Shown here one piece after another: positions 39,752-52,504 of a DNA stretch of 64,000 nt. Under the pieces are notes generated by a model. That model was not told where the DNA came from and searched no databases. It was given only the letters and a program-made list of their open reading frames with translations. Made by a program: the position numbers and the translations under genes. Within the stretch, counting starts at the first letter, position 1, and every line of letters starts with the position of its first letter. Origin of the DNA: Octopus vulgaris (taxonomy: Eukaryota). The DNA is taken from contig OX597814.1 in the NCBI GenBank assembly GCA_951406725.2, positions 74,462,001-74,526,000 of the forward strand. Direction: 5' to 3'.

Positions 39752-40848
39752 AAGCACTCAGAGAGCTCAAAATTCCGCCAAAACAACACCAACATCCTCT
39801 CAACGATTAACCGGAGATGATTTTTAAACTGAGAACATCTGAAATAAAATCCTCCAATGAATATCATGAGACCTTTTGGTTTTCTCTTCTCTTAAATTCC
39901 GGTCTTCCTTTAGTAATCCTGTTGTTTTTATATCGATGTACAGAATTATGCATATATATAAGTATACTGTAAAGTGTTAAAATGTATGAATAATCTCTTA
40001 ATATAATAATGAGCGTTGTCTAATTTTTAATGCCTAAAACCATAATATACTGACATCTTTAGGCAATATAAGTTGAATTGACTCTTGACCATAGGCTGAA
40101 ACAGGTGTAAGGAGTAGTTTATGAATTTCAATAATTTATAATATGACTAATAAAATATGTATTTGTATTATTTTTATTATTATATTACCTATTGATTTAT
40201 ATAATCTTTTGTTTGATTTTGATGTTCCCATTTGTATAATTAATAAATAATGTAAAATGTAATATCTGTAAGTTGATGAACGTGATGAATTTGTTTCTCC
40301 ATTTTCTTATTTGTATATATATATATATATAAGCCGGAGTGAAAGGTGAAGGTAGAGGAGATAAATGGCAAAGAGAGCTTCGTATGAAGGAGAAAAGAAG
40401 GGGTGATAGATGAATAACGAAGGAAGGAGTAAAAGCGACGATAAGCAGCGTTTGAAGTGTGAGTGTATGTATATGTAAAAGAGAGGTATGTATGCATGCA
40501 TGTGCGTGAGTGTCTGTGTGTGTGTGTGTGTGTGTGGGCGTGCGTGCGTGTGTGTACAATGGAAATTGGATGGTAATGTTTAACGCTGAAAATGCGTGAG
40601 TATATGTGTGTATGTGTGTGCGTGCACAAGAGAACTATGTGAAACTGTACATATACATGTAAAGAAAATATAAAAAATAATCCAGAATCCTTGTCCGGTA
40701 CCAGATCGATCCCAAAATCTAATCTAATCAGGCCAAACATCCTGAAAGTTTCATCCAGCGGTTCTTGAGATATCTTGTCCACGGACAAACAAACAAATAA
40801 CCACGACCGAAAACAATACCTCCGCGTTCGCTAAGGCGGAGGTAATTA
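39752..40848 (-). mobile_element. Split HINE-like element (pieces 39752-39848 and 40673-40848)
   Basis: Reverse-complement match to 535-910; terminal hairpin TACCTCCGC..GCGGAGGTA. Confidence 0.65.
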
Positions 40849-41189
40849 TGTCATAATATATATATCAGTCAAATTGGCGTTGACTACTATAAAAGAAAAG
40901 CAATATTTTACCCTAATAATATTTCATCCTTAAACATGAATGATGGATTTATAGATGTGTTGTTTTAAAGACATTGCAAATGACTCATACTGAAATATAA
41001 AAACATAGAAAAATATGCAGCTAGAACACTGACATGTATTCAATGCAAATAGCTAAATAAGAGCTGTTCTTCAAACAGTGTGCGGTGAATAAACTGTCGT
41101 TTGAATAACGTAAAAATGAAAATAACACTGACATCTCATTTTAATAGATATATTTACATGAAAATATCTTGAAATACTAAAGAGTAAAT

Positions 41190-41587
41190 TTATTCAACAA
41201 AACCACCATTGGCTTCAATCACGGCATCCAGACAACTTCGGAATCTCCTGCAACTCTTCTGGTTTAGTTGGTGAATGTTGCCATAATCCTTGCCTTGACT
41301 CCATCTTTGGTGTTACAAGAAGTTTTGTTTGTCTCTCTCGCTCAACTGCGCTCCAGACGTAATAATCAAAGGGATTGCAATCTGGGCAGTTAGATGACCA
41401 GATGTTAGGGGCCTCCGGTGCAAATGCCAAATTTCTGGCAGATTGAATTGCGTTATGGTGCTGTTTTCTCACAGACGGTGCCCAACTGACCCTACAATAC
41501 TAAGTAGTCGATAAAATCAAAAACAATCGATGCACATGCGTGAAATTAAAAATTAAAGTGGCGTTAATTTACCCATCGCATCCTGTA
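41190..41587 (-). mobile_element. Internally deleted maT/DD37D-like transposon
   Basis: 5' end CAGGATGCGATGGGTAAATT resembles 57038; WSSNCPDCNPFDYYVW and AVIEANGGFVE. Confidence 0.75.
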
Positions 41588-41590
41588 TAT

Positions 41591-41835
41591 ACAGGAGGGG
41601 TACCGAAGAGAAAACGGAATTTTGGAGTGTTATTTAATTCACGTAATTTGACATGTTTACACCTTTATCGCCTTCAAAGTATTCTCCATTTGAAGTAATG
41701 CATCGGTCTAGGTGCATTTTCCACTGTTCGAAGCACTGCTGGAACTCTTACGAAGTGATGTCTTTTAACGCGTCCGTCGTTTTTTCTTCACTTCTTCCAC
41801 ATCTACAAATTCCGTAGCACCACCTTTCGTCACCA
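41591..41835 (-). mobile_element. Mariner 3' fragment
   Basis: EFQQCFEQWKMHLDRCITSNGEYFEGD. Confidence 0.75.
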
Positions 41836-42066
41836 GTAATTATATATATATATATATAACTTAGATATGTTTCAACCAAAGATTGGTCCATATATATATA
41901 TGTTTTAATCTAAAATGGAGACAAACACCTATATTTCTTTGTGAATGATCTGAAAAATTAAGACATTTTCCCTCATGAAACCAATGGCAGCCTTAATACA
42001 CAAATAAAGAATCTTTATCTACTAATGCAGTACTGAGCACTCATTCTCATTGTTCGATATTTACGC

Positions 42067-42111
<45 letters not shown>

Positions 42112-44276
42112 CACATATACATACATATATACACACACACACACCCACACACACACATATACGGTCCTGGTAGAGGATAAAGATAAGGTATTTCAATGCA
42201 GCATTCAACCCGTGCTCTAGGTAATCTACACCGTCGAACTCCAGTCTAATTTCGAAATTCTTCGAGAAAATCAAGGTTTCACAAGAGAAAAACCGTTATA
42301 TGGCTTTAGGGAAGAGTAAAATATATTCCAAATAAGACAAAGAAAGATTTTAAATCAGATTTTTAATGACCAGTTGCAACTATTTCTTTGTCAACTCTGC
42401 TTTCAACGTCAGTTCATTAAACCTCCTAAGTGAAAATTTACGTAATATTTGCTGTTTTAAACATTAGGGTGGCACTTCTTCAGACCTGCGTCAAAGGTGT
42501 GCTCTTATATAGTGCGTCTGCCAGGCTTTGTGTTATGCTTATATCGAAAGGAAACAAAAAGTAAGTAACGATAAAAATGTGAATAGATTGTGAAAAGATG
42601 GACACGACAAGTACAGCGTCAATACCAAAATAGATGAAAGTATGGTACCAAAATAGGTGAAAGGATGGTCAGGGGATGATGAAACAGAAGAAGGAGGAAA
42701 AAATGACGAGCGAAGAAGAAGAAGAAGAAGAAGAAGAAGAAGAAGAGTAAAGGATGGAGGGAAATAGAAGGGGGAGTAGAAGGAAAAGATGAGGGTTAGA
42801 TTGGAAAAGAAGAAGGAAGAGAAAGCGAAAACGAATAGTTGGAAAGAAGAAGGGTGATATGCATAGTAATGATCCAACCATCGCCTGTATGAAATTACAA
42901 TAGACAAGAGAATAGTAATTATGGTGTGGCATCATAAAAATATACCTAGTGATAAAATAAAGAAAATAACAAAGAGAAAAAGAAGGATGATACTAAGAAC
43001 AATAGCATCAACGAGAATAATTATGATAAGAAGAAAAAGATTGAACTGATAATAACATAGAGTAAATTGAAAATTAAAATTGAAATAGGCCTAAGAACAC
43101 TGGTATAGGGCCAAGAGAGGGCAGTAGAAATTAGGTGTAAAGTATTAAAAGTAAATACTAAACGCTTAATTCTTGGCGAGTTATAAAGATGTTAGAAATC
43201 ACTGTACAGAGAACGGCAGGAATAACGATAATGTTATAAGTAGAGTGTAAATGTTTAATACACAGCTAGTTATCTACAGGGGTAGGTATTAGAAATTCCT
43301 GCATTGAAGAGGCTAGAAACGATAGAATAAAGTGAATGAAGTAAAGCTGTTAACTCCTATTAGAGGGTAAAAATCATTACGCATAATGAGCAGTAAAATC
43401 CCTGGAGAGGTATAGGTACAGTAGGATATAGTGAATGAAATGATGTTGTTAACCCTTATCAGAGGGTAAAAAGCATTCCGCATAAGGAGTTGCAAAATTC
43501 AGGATAAAGTGTAGTGAAATGAAAATAACAAGAAAATTGCTGCAAAGCTGCGTAACAGCGGTATCAGACGTGGAGTGCAGACCATCATATAACTTGTTTT
43601 ATTCTTTTCTTCCGTTTTATTTTAACATGCGCATTGCGTTTTATCCTTCGCTTCCGCTTTACAAATATAGTGTGCACGTGCACACTTCTTTTTCCAGTTC
43701 CTACTCAAAACTGTTTAGAGATCACAACCATCTCACAAATTGCGTTCGTGAGGAGCGCTTCGCACTCCGATTGCTGTGGATAAGTTCTTTGAGAGAGATC
43801 TTGGGAGAATTACACCCTAGACTAGCCCCCACCAACACCGAGATACACAAAGGCACAAGGAAGAGCATTTAAGAAAGAGTAAGCAAACACTGGATCTAAA
43901 ACACGCTCCGACAGAAAAATATAGGGAAAACTTACTGTTGGTCACGGCAATACACTGTTTTACTACCGAACAGATAGAGTATAAAATATAAAAAGTAAGA
44001 AACAAAAAATAGTGAGATGTGAGAAATAGAACAGTTGCAAAAGATCGATGCCAAGCTTTGGTGTCGAGGTACCAATGATGACAGTAGCACAAGTATTGAA
44101 GTTAAGGAGTTAAAAACTAACAGATATTAACAATTAAAAAGAAATACAGTTTAAAAAAAAAAAGAATTAGAGGAATTAACAAAGAATTACTGGCGATTGT
44201 TAGATCGTTCGTTATTGTCCACATTACTCGTCTTCCTTCCAACTATTTGTCTTCGCTTTCTTTTCCAATATAGCCG

Positions 44277-44323
44277 CCACCACCACCACCACCACCACCA
44301 CCACCACCACCACCACCACCACC
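44277..44323. repeat. (CCA)n microsatellite
   Basis: Direct reading. Confidence 0.95.
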
Positions 44324-44327
44324 AAAG

Positions 44328-44960
44328 GTGGCCTTCAATATAGGTAAATATTTCCTAGCACTGATAGATAGACATTTTCCAGTTAACCATGCTTATAGGA
44401 AACTCTTCAATAGACACAATTTAAAAATTAGTTTTAGTTCAACTACCAATTTTAAAAACATAATCAATCATAACATACAAAAAACACAAGAAGAAAACAG
44501 CTGTTCATGCAGGAATAAAGAATTGTGCCCGCTAAATGGAGCTTGCATGTCCAAGATCATCATATATGAAGCTACCGTAAACTCTACAACCACTAAAGAC
44601 ACCGTTTTGACGAAGAAATACGTGGGCCTGACAGAGGGTAATTTCAAGGCCAGGTTCAATAACCACACTTTGAGCTTTAGGCACTGGAACAAAAGAAAAG
44701 CGACACAATTATCCAATCATATTTGGTCTTTAAGAGATAAAGGTGTCGATTATAACATACAATGGAAGATTTTGGCCAGATGTAAGCCCTATACTAACGG
44801 CAGCGGAAGGTGCGGTTTATGCGACATGGAGAGATGGCTTATCTGGAAAAGCAGCTTAGACCCTACCACATGTCTAAATACAAGGACAGAACTTTTCGGA
44901 TCATGCCCACATGTGACTAAATTTCTGTTACGTTTTTGGTCCCCTAAAGAAAACGGATAG
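44328..44960 (+). CDS. C-terminal part of Penelope-like ORF: Cys-rich linker plus GIY-YIG endonuclease (5'-truncated)
   Basis: KLFNRHNLKISFS, CSCRNKELCPLNGAC, IIYEA...YVGLTEGNFKARFNNH, CGLCDMER, LNTRTELFGSCPH; open for 210 aa. Confidence 0.85.
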   Translation: MAFNIGKYFLALIDRHFPVNHAYRKLFNRHNLKISFSSTTNFKNIINHNIQKTQEENSCSCRNKELCPLNGACMSKIIIYEATVNSTTTKDTVLTKKYVGLTEGNFKARFNNHTLSFRHWNKRKATQLSNHIWSLRDKGVDYNIQWKILARCKPYTNGSGRCGLCDMERWLIWKSSLDPTTCLNTRTELFGSCPHVTKFLLRFWSPKENG

Positions 44961-45154
44961 AACATGCTTTCTGTGTTATGTCCCAAGAAGATTTTATATA
45001 TTTTTATATATTTTTATATATTTTTATGTATTTTTATATAATTTTTATGACGAAAAATGCGAGCGATGTATAAGTACGCAGGCAAAGCAGAGTTATAACA
45101 GAGTAATTTCCCTTCATTTTTAACGGTATTTTTTCATAACGTTTTCAAATAGCC

Positions 45155-45217
45155 AGATAACCGAAGAGATGGTGTTGTGGATTTCCACTTCGGCATCTGA
45201 AACTCAGAGTTTTATCT
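45155..45217 (+). ncRNA. Type I hammerhead-like motif in the 3' repeat of that PLE
   Basis: AGATAA-CCGAAGA-GATG..CATC-TGAAACTC A GAGT-T-TTATCT; stems I, II and III all pair. Confidence 0.6.
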
Positions 45218-45239
45218 TGACTACCGAGTAATGTAACAT

Positions 45240-45283
<44 letters not shown>

Positions 45284-45289
45284 GATATA

Positions 45290-45500
45290 TATTGTTTTAT
45301 TCTTTTACTGATTTCAGTCATTTGACTGCGGCCATGCTGGAGCACCACCTCGAAAGAATTTTTAATCGAACAAATCGACCCCAAGACTTTTTTTAAAAAT
45401 CTAGTACTTATTCTATTATACACACTTATTCTAACGGTGTCTTACGAGGACGTAACACATAACACCGGTTGTGAAGCGGTGATGGGGGCAAACACAGGCA
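45290..45500 (-). mobile_element. SINE 3' half with CR1-derived tail
   Basis: Minus strand GGTGCTCCAGCATGGCCGCAGTCAAATGACTGAAA. Confidence 0.75.
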
Positions 45501-45596
45501 TAAAGGCACATATACATACACACAGACACACACATACACATACACACACACAGACACGCACACACACATATATATACATATATATATACACACATA

Positions 45597-45846
45597 TGCA
45601 GAGTTTCCTCTTTTGTATTCATAAAGCATTATGTGCCGCAGATGCTCTTTGGATACTTCCATGTTAGAAAGGGTTTTAATCAAAGAAATTTTAATTCTAT
45701 TATTCTGTAAAATAATATTTAATTAGTTTAAATGTACACAAATGCATAAAAATAATTTTTAATTCCATTAAGCATTCTAAAATACTGTTAAATTTCATTC
45801 AATTTAAAAAAAGGTAAAATCGGAAAGAACTTATGGGATGACCTTA
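45597..45846 (-). mobile_element. Mariner 5' end
   Basis: TA|TAAGGTCATCCCATAAG TIR-like start; MEVSKEHLRHIMLYEYKRGNSA. Confidence 0.75.
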
Positions 45847-45854
45847 TATATATA

Positions 45855-46024
45855 GGCGTGACTGTGCAGTAAGAAGCTTGCTTCCCAGCCACATAATTTC
45901 GGGTTTAGTCCCACTGCGTAGTACCTTGGGCATGTGTCTCCAATAGCCTCAGGCCGACCAAAGCCTTGTGAGTTGATTTGGTAGACGGAAACTGAAAGAC
46001 ACCCGTCGTATATATATATATATA
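45855..46024 (+). mobile_element. tRNA-derived SINE 5' half (3' half at ~49550-49772)
   Basis: Head GGCGTGACTGTGCAGTAAGAAGCTTGC, ACCTTGGGCA core, ends in (TA)n. Confidence 0.75.
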
Positions 46025-46304
46025 GTACTGGAGGATCCAATGCCACCCAGTACACTTCAGGAAAGAAGAAATCTGGAAGGCACCGAAGAACCTGTAAGTT
46101 CTACCTGCGGGGCAAATGTTGGCATGGTGAGGACGGCAAAAACTGCCGGTTCGCGCACCCGACACCCCGCCAGAACTTCAGGGGACTCAAAGAGAAAAAG
46201 TTTACCGAGGGAACACAAGAAATGTCTCCCAGGAAAACTTTCAAAAACGAAGTGCGCTCCTCAGATATTCTGCGCAACGCAGCAGCTGAGCAAGAGTCTT
46301 TTTT

Positions 46305-47660
46305 ATGCATGGCGGAAAGAATTGTCCGGCAGCTAACCTGGCTACACCAAGCACAGAGAAGGAACCCTGCTCACCACTATGCAAGACCACCACAGTCAAC
46401 AGACACGGGATGGCCTCCCCTAACGCCTGCACAGCCGTCACCCCAATACTTTTACTAAATATTGGGGGCCTGTTGCATCAAAATAGAAACAAAATTTCTT
46501 TCCTGAGAGATCTTACTGCATGCAATCAAGCCCTATGCATAGCACTTGTGGAAACTCACCTCAACCTTGATATAGAGGACGCAGAAGTACACATACCAAA
46601 CTATGCCATACTGCGAACAGACAGAAGGGAAAGGAGCCATGGTGGAGTTGCTGTATACATCCGAGATGACCTCACACCCCAGGTCTTGATGACATACTCA
46701 AATTCGGTATGTGACACCTTAATTATATACATAAGACAACATAATATAGTCATATGCAATACATATTGCCCACCGGATGCCCCAAATCACATAGGCAAGT
46801 TTGAAGATTTCCTCACAAGAATTAAAGAAATCCTCATGAATCTGGAACACGTCGTGGCCATATTTCTTATGGGTGATTTCAACTTCCCCAACGTCAAATG
46901 GCCCGAAGGTCACATACTCTCAGGAATGAATCATTGCAAGCAAGTACAGGTGGAGTCCCTGCTCAACCTCACCAATGCCTTATTCATGGAGCAAGTTGTA
47001 CTCAAGTCAACTAGGGCGAATAACATTCTGGATCTCTGCTTCACGAACAATATGGACATCATTCATGATGTGAAAGTGACACCGACATCAGAGCTGTCTA
47101 TGTTTGGGCCGAAAGTAACCAGAGACATGCAGCCTAAAGGAAGCACCCGAAATCTCTCCAATCTGAACTTCCACAAAGCAGATTGGAAATCGATCCAAAA
47201 AGATATCCTCAGAGAGGACTGGCCGGAATGTCTCTCCACACCAGACATTGATATGAAACTAGAATGTTTCATGTCTTCTGTGCAAGCTGTATGCCAGAAA
47301 TATGTCCCAGAGCACAAGGCCAAAACAAATAGGAGCAAGATTCCAAGAGACAGGAAGATCCTCATGAGACGACGGACGAAGGTTGCAAATCGTCTCAACC
47401 AACATCCTAAAAGTAACGAAGCGTCCCGCCTAAAAACAACACTGATGGAGATCGAAAAAAGGCTGCAACAATCCTATGTGAAGGAGAAAGCAGACAAAGA
47501 AGCCTGGGTTATAAAAAACATTAAATCAAACCCAAAGGCCTTCTTTCATTACGCGAAAGAAACAGTCTCAGTGCACTACAAGATAGGACCCCTCCTCCAA
47601 AAGGATGGCTCCCTCACAGACAGTCCAACTATGATCAGTGAGATGCTGAATGACAAGTGA
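46305..47660 (+). pseudogene. LINE ORF2 apurinic-type endonuclease region
   Basis: LLNIGGL, LVETHL, RTDR..HGGVAVYI, MGDFNFP, TRANNILDLCFTN. Confidence 0.92.
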
Positions 47661-47723
47661 ACGAACCAGTGGACTTCTTCGCCGCTTCACCTATAACCAG
47701 CGAGGCGGTTACAATAGAATGTA

Positions 47724-49323
47724 TTGACATTAGCGAATATCCTACTAGCCATAGATGAAGTGGACACAAACTCAGCTGCTAGTCCAGACGGTTTCCCAGC
47801 CATCCTCCTCAAAGCGTGTAAGCATGCCCTGGCAAAACCCCTCAAGATTCTCTTCCAGAGCTTTCTTGCGAATGGCAAACTGCCAAGCAAGCTGAAGGAG
47901 GGAATAATATGCCCAATACATAAAGGGGGAAGTAGAGCAGATGCTAAAAACTATAGGCCTATCTCTCTGACTTCACACATCAGCAAAGTCATGGAAAGGA
48001 TAGTCAGAAAGAAACTAATCGCATTCCTTGAGGAAAATAACTTGCTGAGTAATACCCAGCATGGTTTTCGACCAGGTAGGAGCTGCCTGACCCAGCTCTT
48101 ACAGCATTATGACTGGGTGTTGAGGCAGTTACTCAACAAATCAGATGTGGACGTAATCTACCTTGATTTTGCAAAAGCTTTTGACAAGGTGGATCATGGT
48201 ATGATATGCCACAAACTACGTGACTTCGGCATAGCTGGAAAACTTGGAGTGTGGTTGCATGACTTCCTGAAAGATAGGAGTCAGGCAGTAGTGGTCAATG
48301 GAGCCACCTCTATGAACACACAAATAGTGAGCTGTGTTCCACAGGACACTGTCTTGGGACCACTGCTTTTTATAGTGGCCCTCTCAGATATGCCCTCAAA
48401 TGCCCGGATAGCCACTCTGGCCAGCTATGCAGACGGTACGAAAGTCTCGCAGAAAATACAGAACCCCAGCGATGTTGCACACCTGCAGCAGGAGTTGGAC
48501 TCAATCTACAGATGGGCTGAGGATAATAATATGCAGTTTAATGCTGAAAAATTCCAGGCCCTGCGCTACCAGCATCCAAAACTTAATATTAAACTTACAG
48601 GATACACCGGTCCACAGGGAATTTCAATCCCAGAGCCTAAGTCTGTGAGGGACCTGGGTATCGACATGAGTGATGATACCTCTTTCCAAGTGCACATTAC
48701 CAGGATGGCGACAAAGTGCAAACGACTGGCTGGGTGGATCCTAAGAACATTCAGAACCAGAGATAAGGAAACCATTCGTCCTCAGTCGCCTGGATTACTG
48801 CTCACAGCTATGGTCACCCACCAGTGTAAAATTAACAGCGGACCTTGAAGCAATCCAGAGAAGATTCACAAAGAAGATCGTCTCTTTGCAACAGCTCAGC
48901 TACTGGGAAAGGTTGAAACAGCTAAGACTCTACTCCCTGGAGAGAAGACGGGAGAGGTATGCAGTAATATATGTCTGGAAGATCCTGGAAGTAATTGTAC
49001 CAAATTTTGGCATTTTAAGCTACACCAATGCTAGAACGGGACGACACTGCATAGTGCCAAAGATCCCAGCAATGCCATCACGATTCAGGACCAGCTTCTG
49101 CAACAGCCTGGGTTTCAAGGGCCCACAGCTTTTTAATATTCTCCCAAAGAGTCTGAGGAACTTGCACAAAGTAGATGTAGCGGTTTTTAAATCAAAGCTG
49201 GACATCTTCCTGTCAAGAGTCCCAGATGAACCTACCTCACGGCAAGAGGTGCAAATGAGAGTAGCTGTATCAAACTCCATTCTTCACCAAGTGCCACATA
49301 TTAGACGAGGTTCGTCATCATAA
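47724..49323 (+). pseudogene. LINE ORF2 reverse transcriptase and C-terminus (frameshifted)
   Basis: NYRPISLTSHISKVMER, QHGFRPGRSC, YLDFAKAFDKVDH, VPQDTVLGPLLF, YADGT (mutated YADD), SYWERLKQLRLYSLERRR. Confidence 0.93.
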
Positions 49324-49431
49324 CAGTGTAGCACAAAACGGCGGTGCATCAGCATGGCCGCAGCTCTGAGCTGAAACTAGAAAAAAAAAATATATATATA
49401 TATCTCAATTTACAACCCCTATCTCAATTTG

Positions 49432-49477
<46 letters not shown>

Positions 49478-49481
49478 CATA

Positions 49482-49517
<36 letters not shown>

Positions 49518-49549
49518 TGTATGTATTTATGTATGTATGTGTGTATTTA

Positions 49550-49772
49550 TGTGTGTGTGTGTCTGTGTTTGTCCCCACCGCTATCGCTCGACAACCGATG
49601 CTGGTGAGTTTATGTCACCGTAACTTAGCGGTTCGGCCAAAGACCGATAGTAGAAGTACTAAGCTTACAAAGAATAAGTCCTTAGGTAGATTTCTTCGAT
49701 TAAAACCCTTTAAGGCGGTTCTCCAGCATAGCCGCAGTCAAATGACTGAAACAAGTAAAAGAATAGAAGAAT
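49550..49772 (+). mobile_element. SINE 3' half with CR1-like tail
   Basis: GACAACCGATGCTGGTG...GGCGGTTCTCCAGCATAGCCGCAGTCAAATGACTGAAACAAGTAAAAG. Confidence 0.8.
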
Positions 49773-50611
49773 ATGCATACATAAACACGCAAGCACAAGC
49801 ACATATACCTACGGTCATACACTAATTCGTGAGTAAATACTTTTTGATGTCAAAATATTCATTGCGTATTATCTCATCGTGATAATGTCTTTTGTTGATA
49901 TTTTCTTCATAAATGCACACTGCCTACGCAGAGTATTTATTCGCGACGCGTGCCGGATATCAGTGGCGTCAGTTGGGTTGATGTCACACAGTGCGGTAAC
50001 AGTGCTATCATCGCCACCGCCCTTGGACGCCCCAAATCTTTTTGAGAGTTTTTGTTTTAATGTTACCCGAAAATTATAAATTCCGAATATCAATGAATAT
50101 CCGAATAACATTCAAATGAGACCTTTAAGCTACAAAATCGTGCATGCAACATAAATCAATGACATAATTTTATGTAATTCAATAATAAACTGCATACAAA
50201 AACTATAGTTTTTCGAATTAAAGTTTACAAACAACAGAGTTATTTTGATTTCAAACTTAAAGTTTATTGTCAAATGAAATGCATTAATAGATTAGCTCTA
50301 CATTTTATATCTAGCGTTTTATTAAGAGACCATATATAAATATTTAATGAATACGATTGGAAAAATGTCAGTTTTCGCAGATTTTATAAACAAATTTGGA
50401 TGTAGAGATAAAATTCATTTGTTTTACGGCTATATTGAAAAAAAAATCATCTCACAAAAATATGAACAACAATCATTTGTTTTGATGATCACTTTTCTGA
50501 TTTAAGCCAGTTTAAAATCAGAATTAATTTGTAAAGACAACAGATAATCAGACATTTGAAATTAAATACTCACACAAAAGTGTGTGTGTGTGTGTGTGTT
50601 TACGTGTATCT

Positions 50612-50825
50612 GTTATCTTTTACTTGTTTGAATCATTGGACTATGGCCATGTTGGAACACCGCCTTGAAGCATTCTAGTAAAGCAAATCGACCGCAAAGC
50701 TTATTTTTTTTGTTAAGCCTGATACTTATTCTATTATCCTCTTTTGCCAAACAGCTACGTTACGGGGACGTGAACACACCAACACCGGTCATCAAGCGGT
50801 GGTGGGGGACAAACTCAGACACATA
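50612..50825 (-). mobile_element. Decayed SINE 3' half (same family as 49550)
   Basis: Reverse-complement similarity. Confidence 0.7.
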
Positions 50826-50859
50826 GGCACGCACATATACATACACAATTTCTTACTGA

Positions 50860-51100
50860 ACAACCTCACAGATGATTTGATTATAGTGATCAAATTTTTG
50901 TGTAGACATAAGCTCACTCCCTCCTTCAGATCTGTACAGGTGCAACGGGTGCCACATGTGAGATGTCGAAATGATCGCAAAGAAACGTGAAATAAAGTGC
51001 TTTGTTCAAGAACACAACGAAACGCCCGGTCTGGGAATCGAACCCACGATCTCGGAATCGTGAATGCAATACCTTAACCATTAAGCCATGCGCCTTCACG
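50860..51100 (-). mobile_element. tRNA-derived SINE
   Basis: Minus strand A box TGGCTTAATGG, B box GGTTCGATTCC, then TTGAACAAAGCACTTTATTTCAC body. Confidence 0.75.
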
Positions 51101-51288
51101 CGTATATACATTTGTGTGTGTGTGTGTGTATCGATTCATTCAACTAAAAAAATTTTCAAGGCAGTGCTCCAGCATGGCCGCAGTCTAATGACTGATACAA
51201 ATAAAAGATAAAAGATACATACATGCCCACACACATACACACACATATGATGGACTTACGGCTATATATATATATATATATATATATA

Positions 51289-51537
51289 TTGGCGATTTTT
51301 TTCCTCTGTCTTCCCTTCTCTGGATTTTTCCTTCTATGTTTCCGACGAAGATCTCCGCTCGAAACGTTAAACCCTCCTTCTTTCCTTCTTTCCTGAGCGT
51401 CGAATAATACTATATTTGTTCCACGTCCTCGCGTTGTTGTGTTTTTTGTGCTTTCTTGTTTGGATTAACTTTATATATATATACACATACATAAGTACTT
51501 ATATATATTTATACACACATACATACATACAAACACA

Positions 51538-51609
<72 letters not shown>

Positions 51610-51965
51610 ATATATATATATTTTATATATAGGTGAGCAAAGGTGCACGTACTCCGCTATATGTATATATAAATATATAAAATGGAACAAGAACGCAATT
51701 GAGGACAATAAAAGAACTCGACAGATAGACGATACAAAGGTGGACAGGAAAAGCAACAATTAGAGGGACAGGAAAAAAAGGACGGGCCATTCATGGCCTT
51801 CTTATGTCATTCAAGTTACCAGATGTCCTTACAGTTTCGGGCAGTTATGCTTGAGACTGTTTGATCTGGTTGCCACCCGCTAAAAGTCTAGGCTAAGAGC
51901 ATTAGATTTTTTGTAAGAAAGCTAGTGAATGTGTGCGACAACAAAGACAAAAAACGGAGAACATT
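51289..51965. mobile_element. PLE-type terminal repeat modules in opposite orientations; hammerhead-like motif at 51338-51372
   Basis: 51289-51470 matches 20660-20836 (+); 51675-51965 matches 20340-20635 (-). Confidence 0.65.
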
Positions 51966-52443
51966 GTAATAATAACTTATGTTATTACCCTTTTTTGATT
52001 ACGTTTACATATTACTTGATAAATTTGTTCGTAAAATTTTTGCCGGCATGCTCTCTGTCGCCGGGTATGTTTTGCGTCTGCGCGGAGGTTTGAAAAGTTA
52101 AGATATACAAACCGTTAGATCTACATGTGCTCTAACGCTCTGTGCATCTAGGATTAAAAAGGCTTCCCACTGACGAACCTTGCCTTGGCAAACATATTCT
52201 GTCTGTTTTGCTAGAAAGAGGTAGAAACTGATCAGTCTGGAATATATCTTTAATGGTAAATGTTTTTGATTTTCATCCTTTCCATGAATTTATCCCTCTT
52301 TGTGTCTCTAGCAATAAGCTTCCTTATTTGGGAGCCTTTTATTATATTTCTATATGAATAATATTTTGTCTAATGACTAATTCGTCTTTTGTGCTAGGCC
52401 ACTGGTTATAATAACTTATGTTATTACACTTTTTGATTATGTT

Positions 52444-52503
<60 letters not shown>

Positions 52504-52504
<1 letters not shown>

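Larger units (their letters stand above)
46025..49390 (+). mobile_element. Near-complete CR1-group LINE (ORF1 end, APE, RT, 3' tail)
   Basis: Cys/His-rich ORF1 remnant ~46040-46380, then APE and RT ORFs, stem-loop tail and A run. Confidence 0.92.

Noticed and set aside
42450-42490. CTGAAGA...AAAAC on the minus strand as another hammerhead
   Set aside because: No GAAA and no convincing stem II
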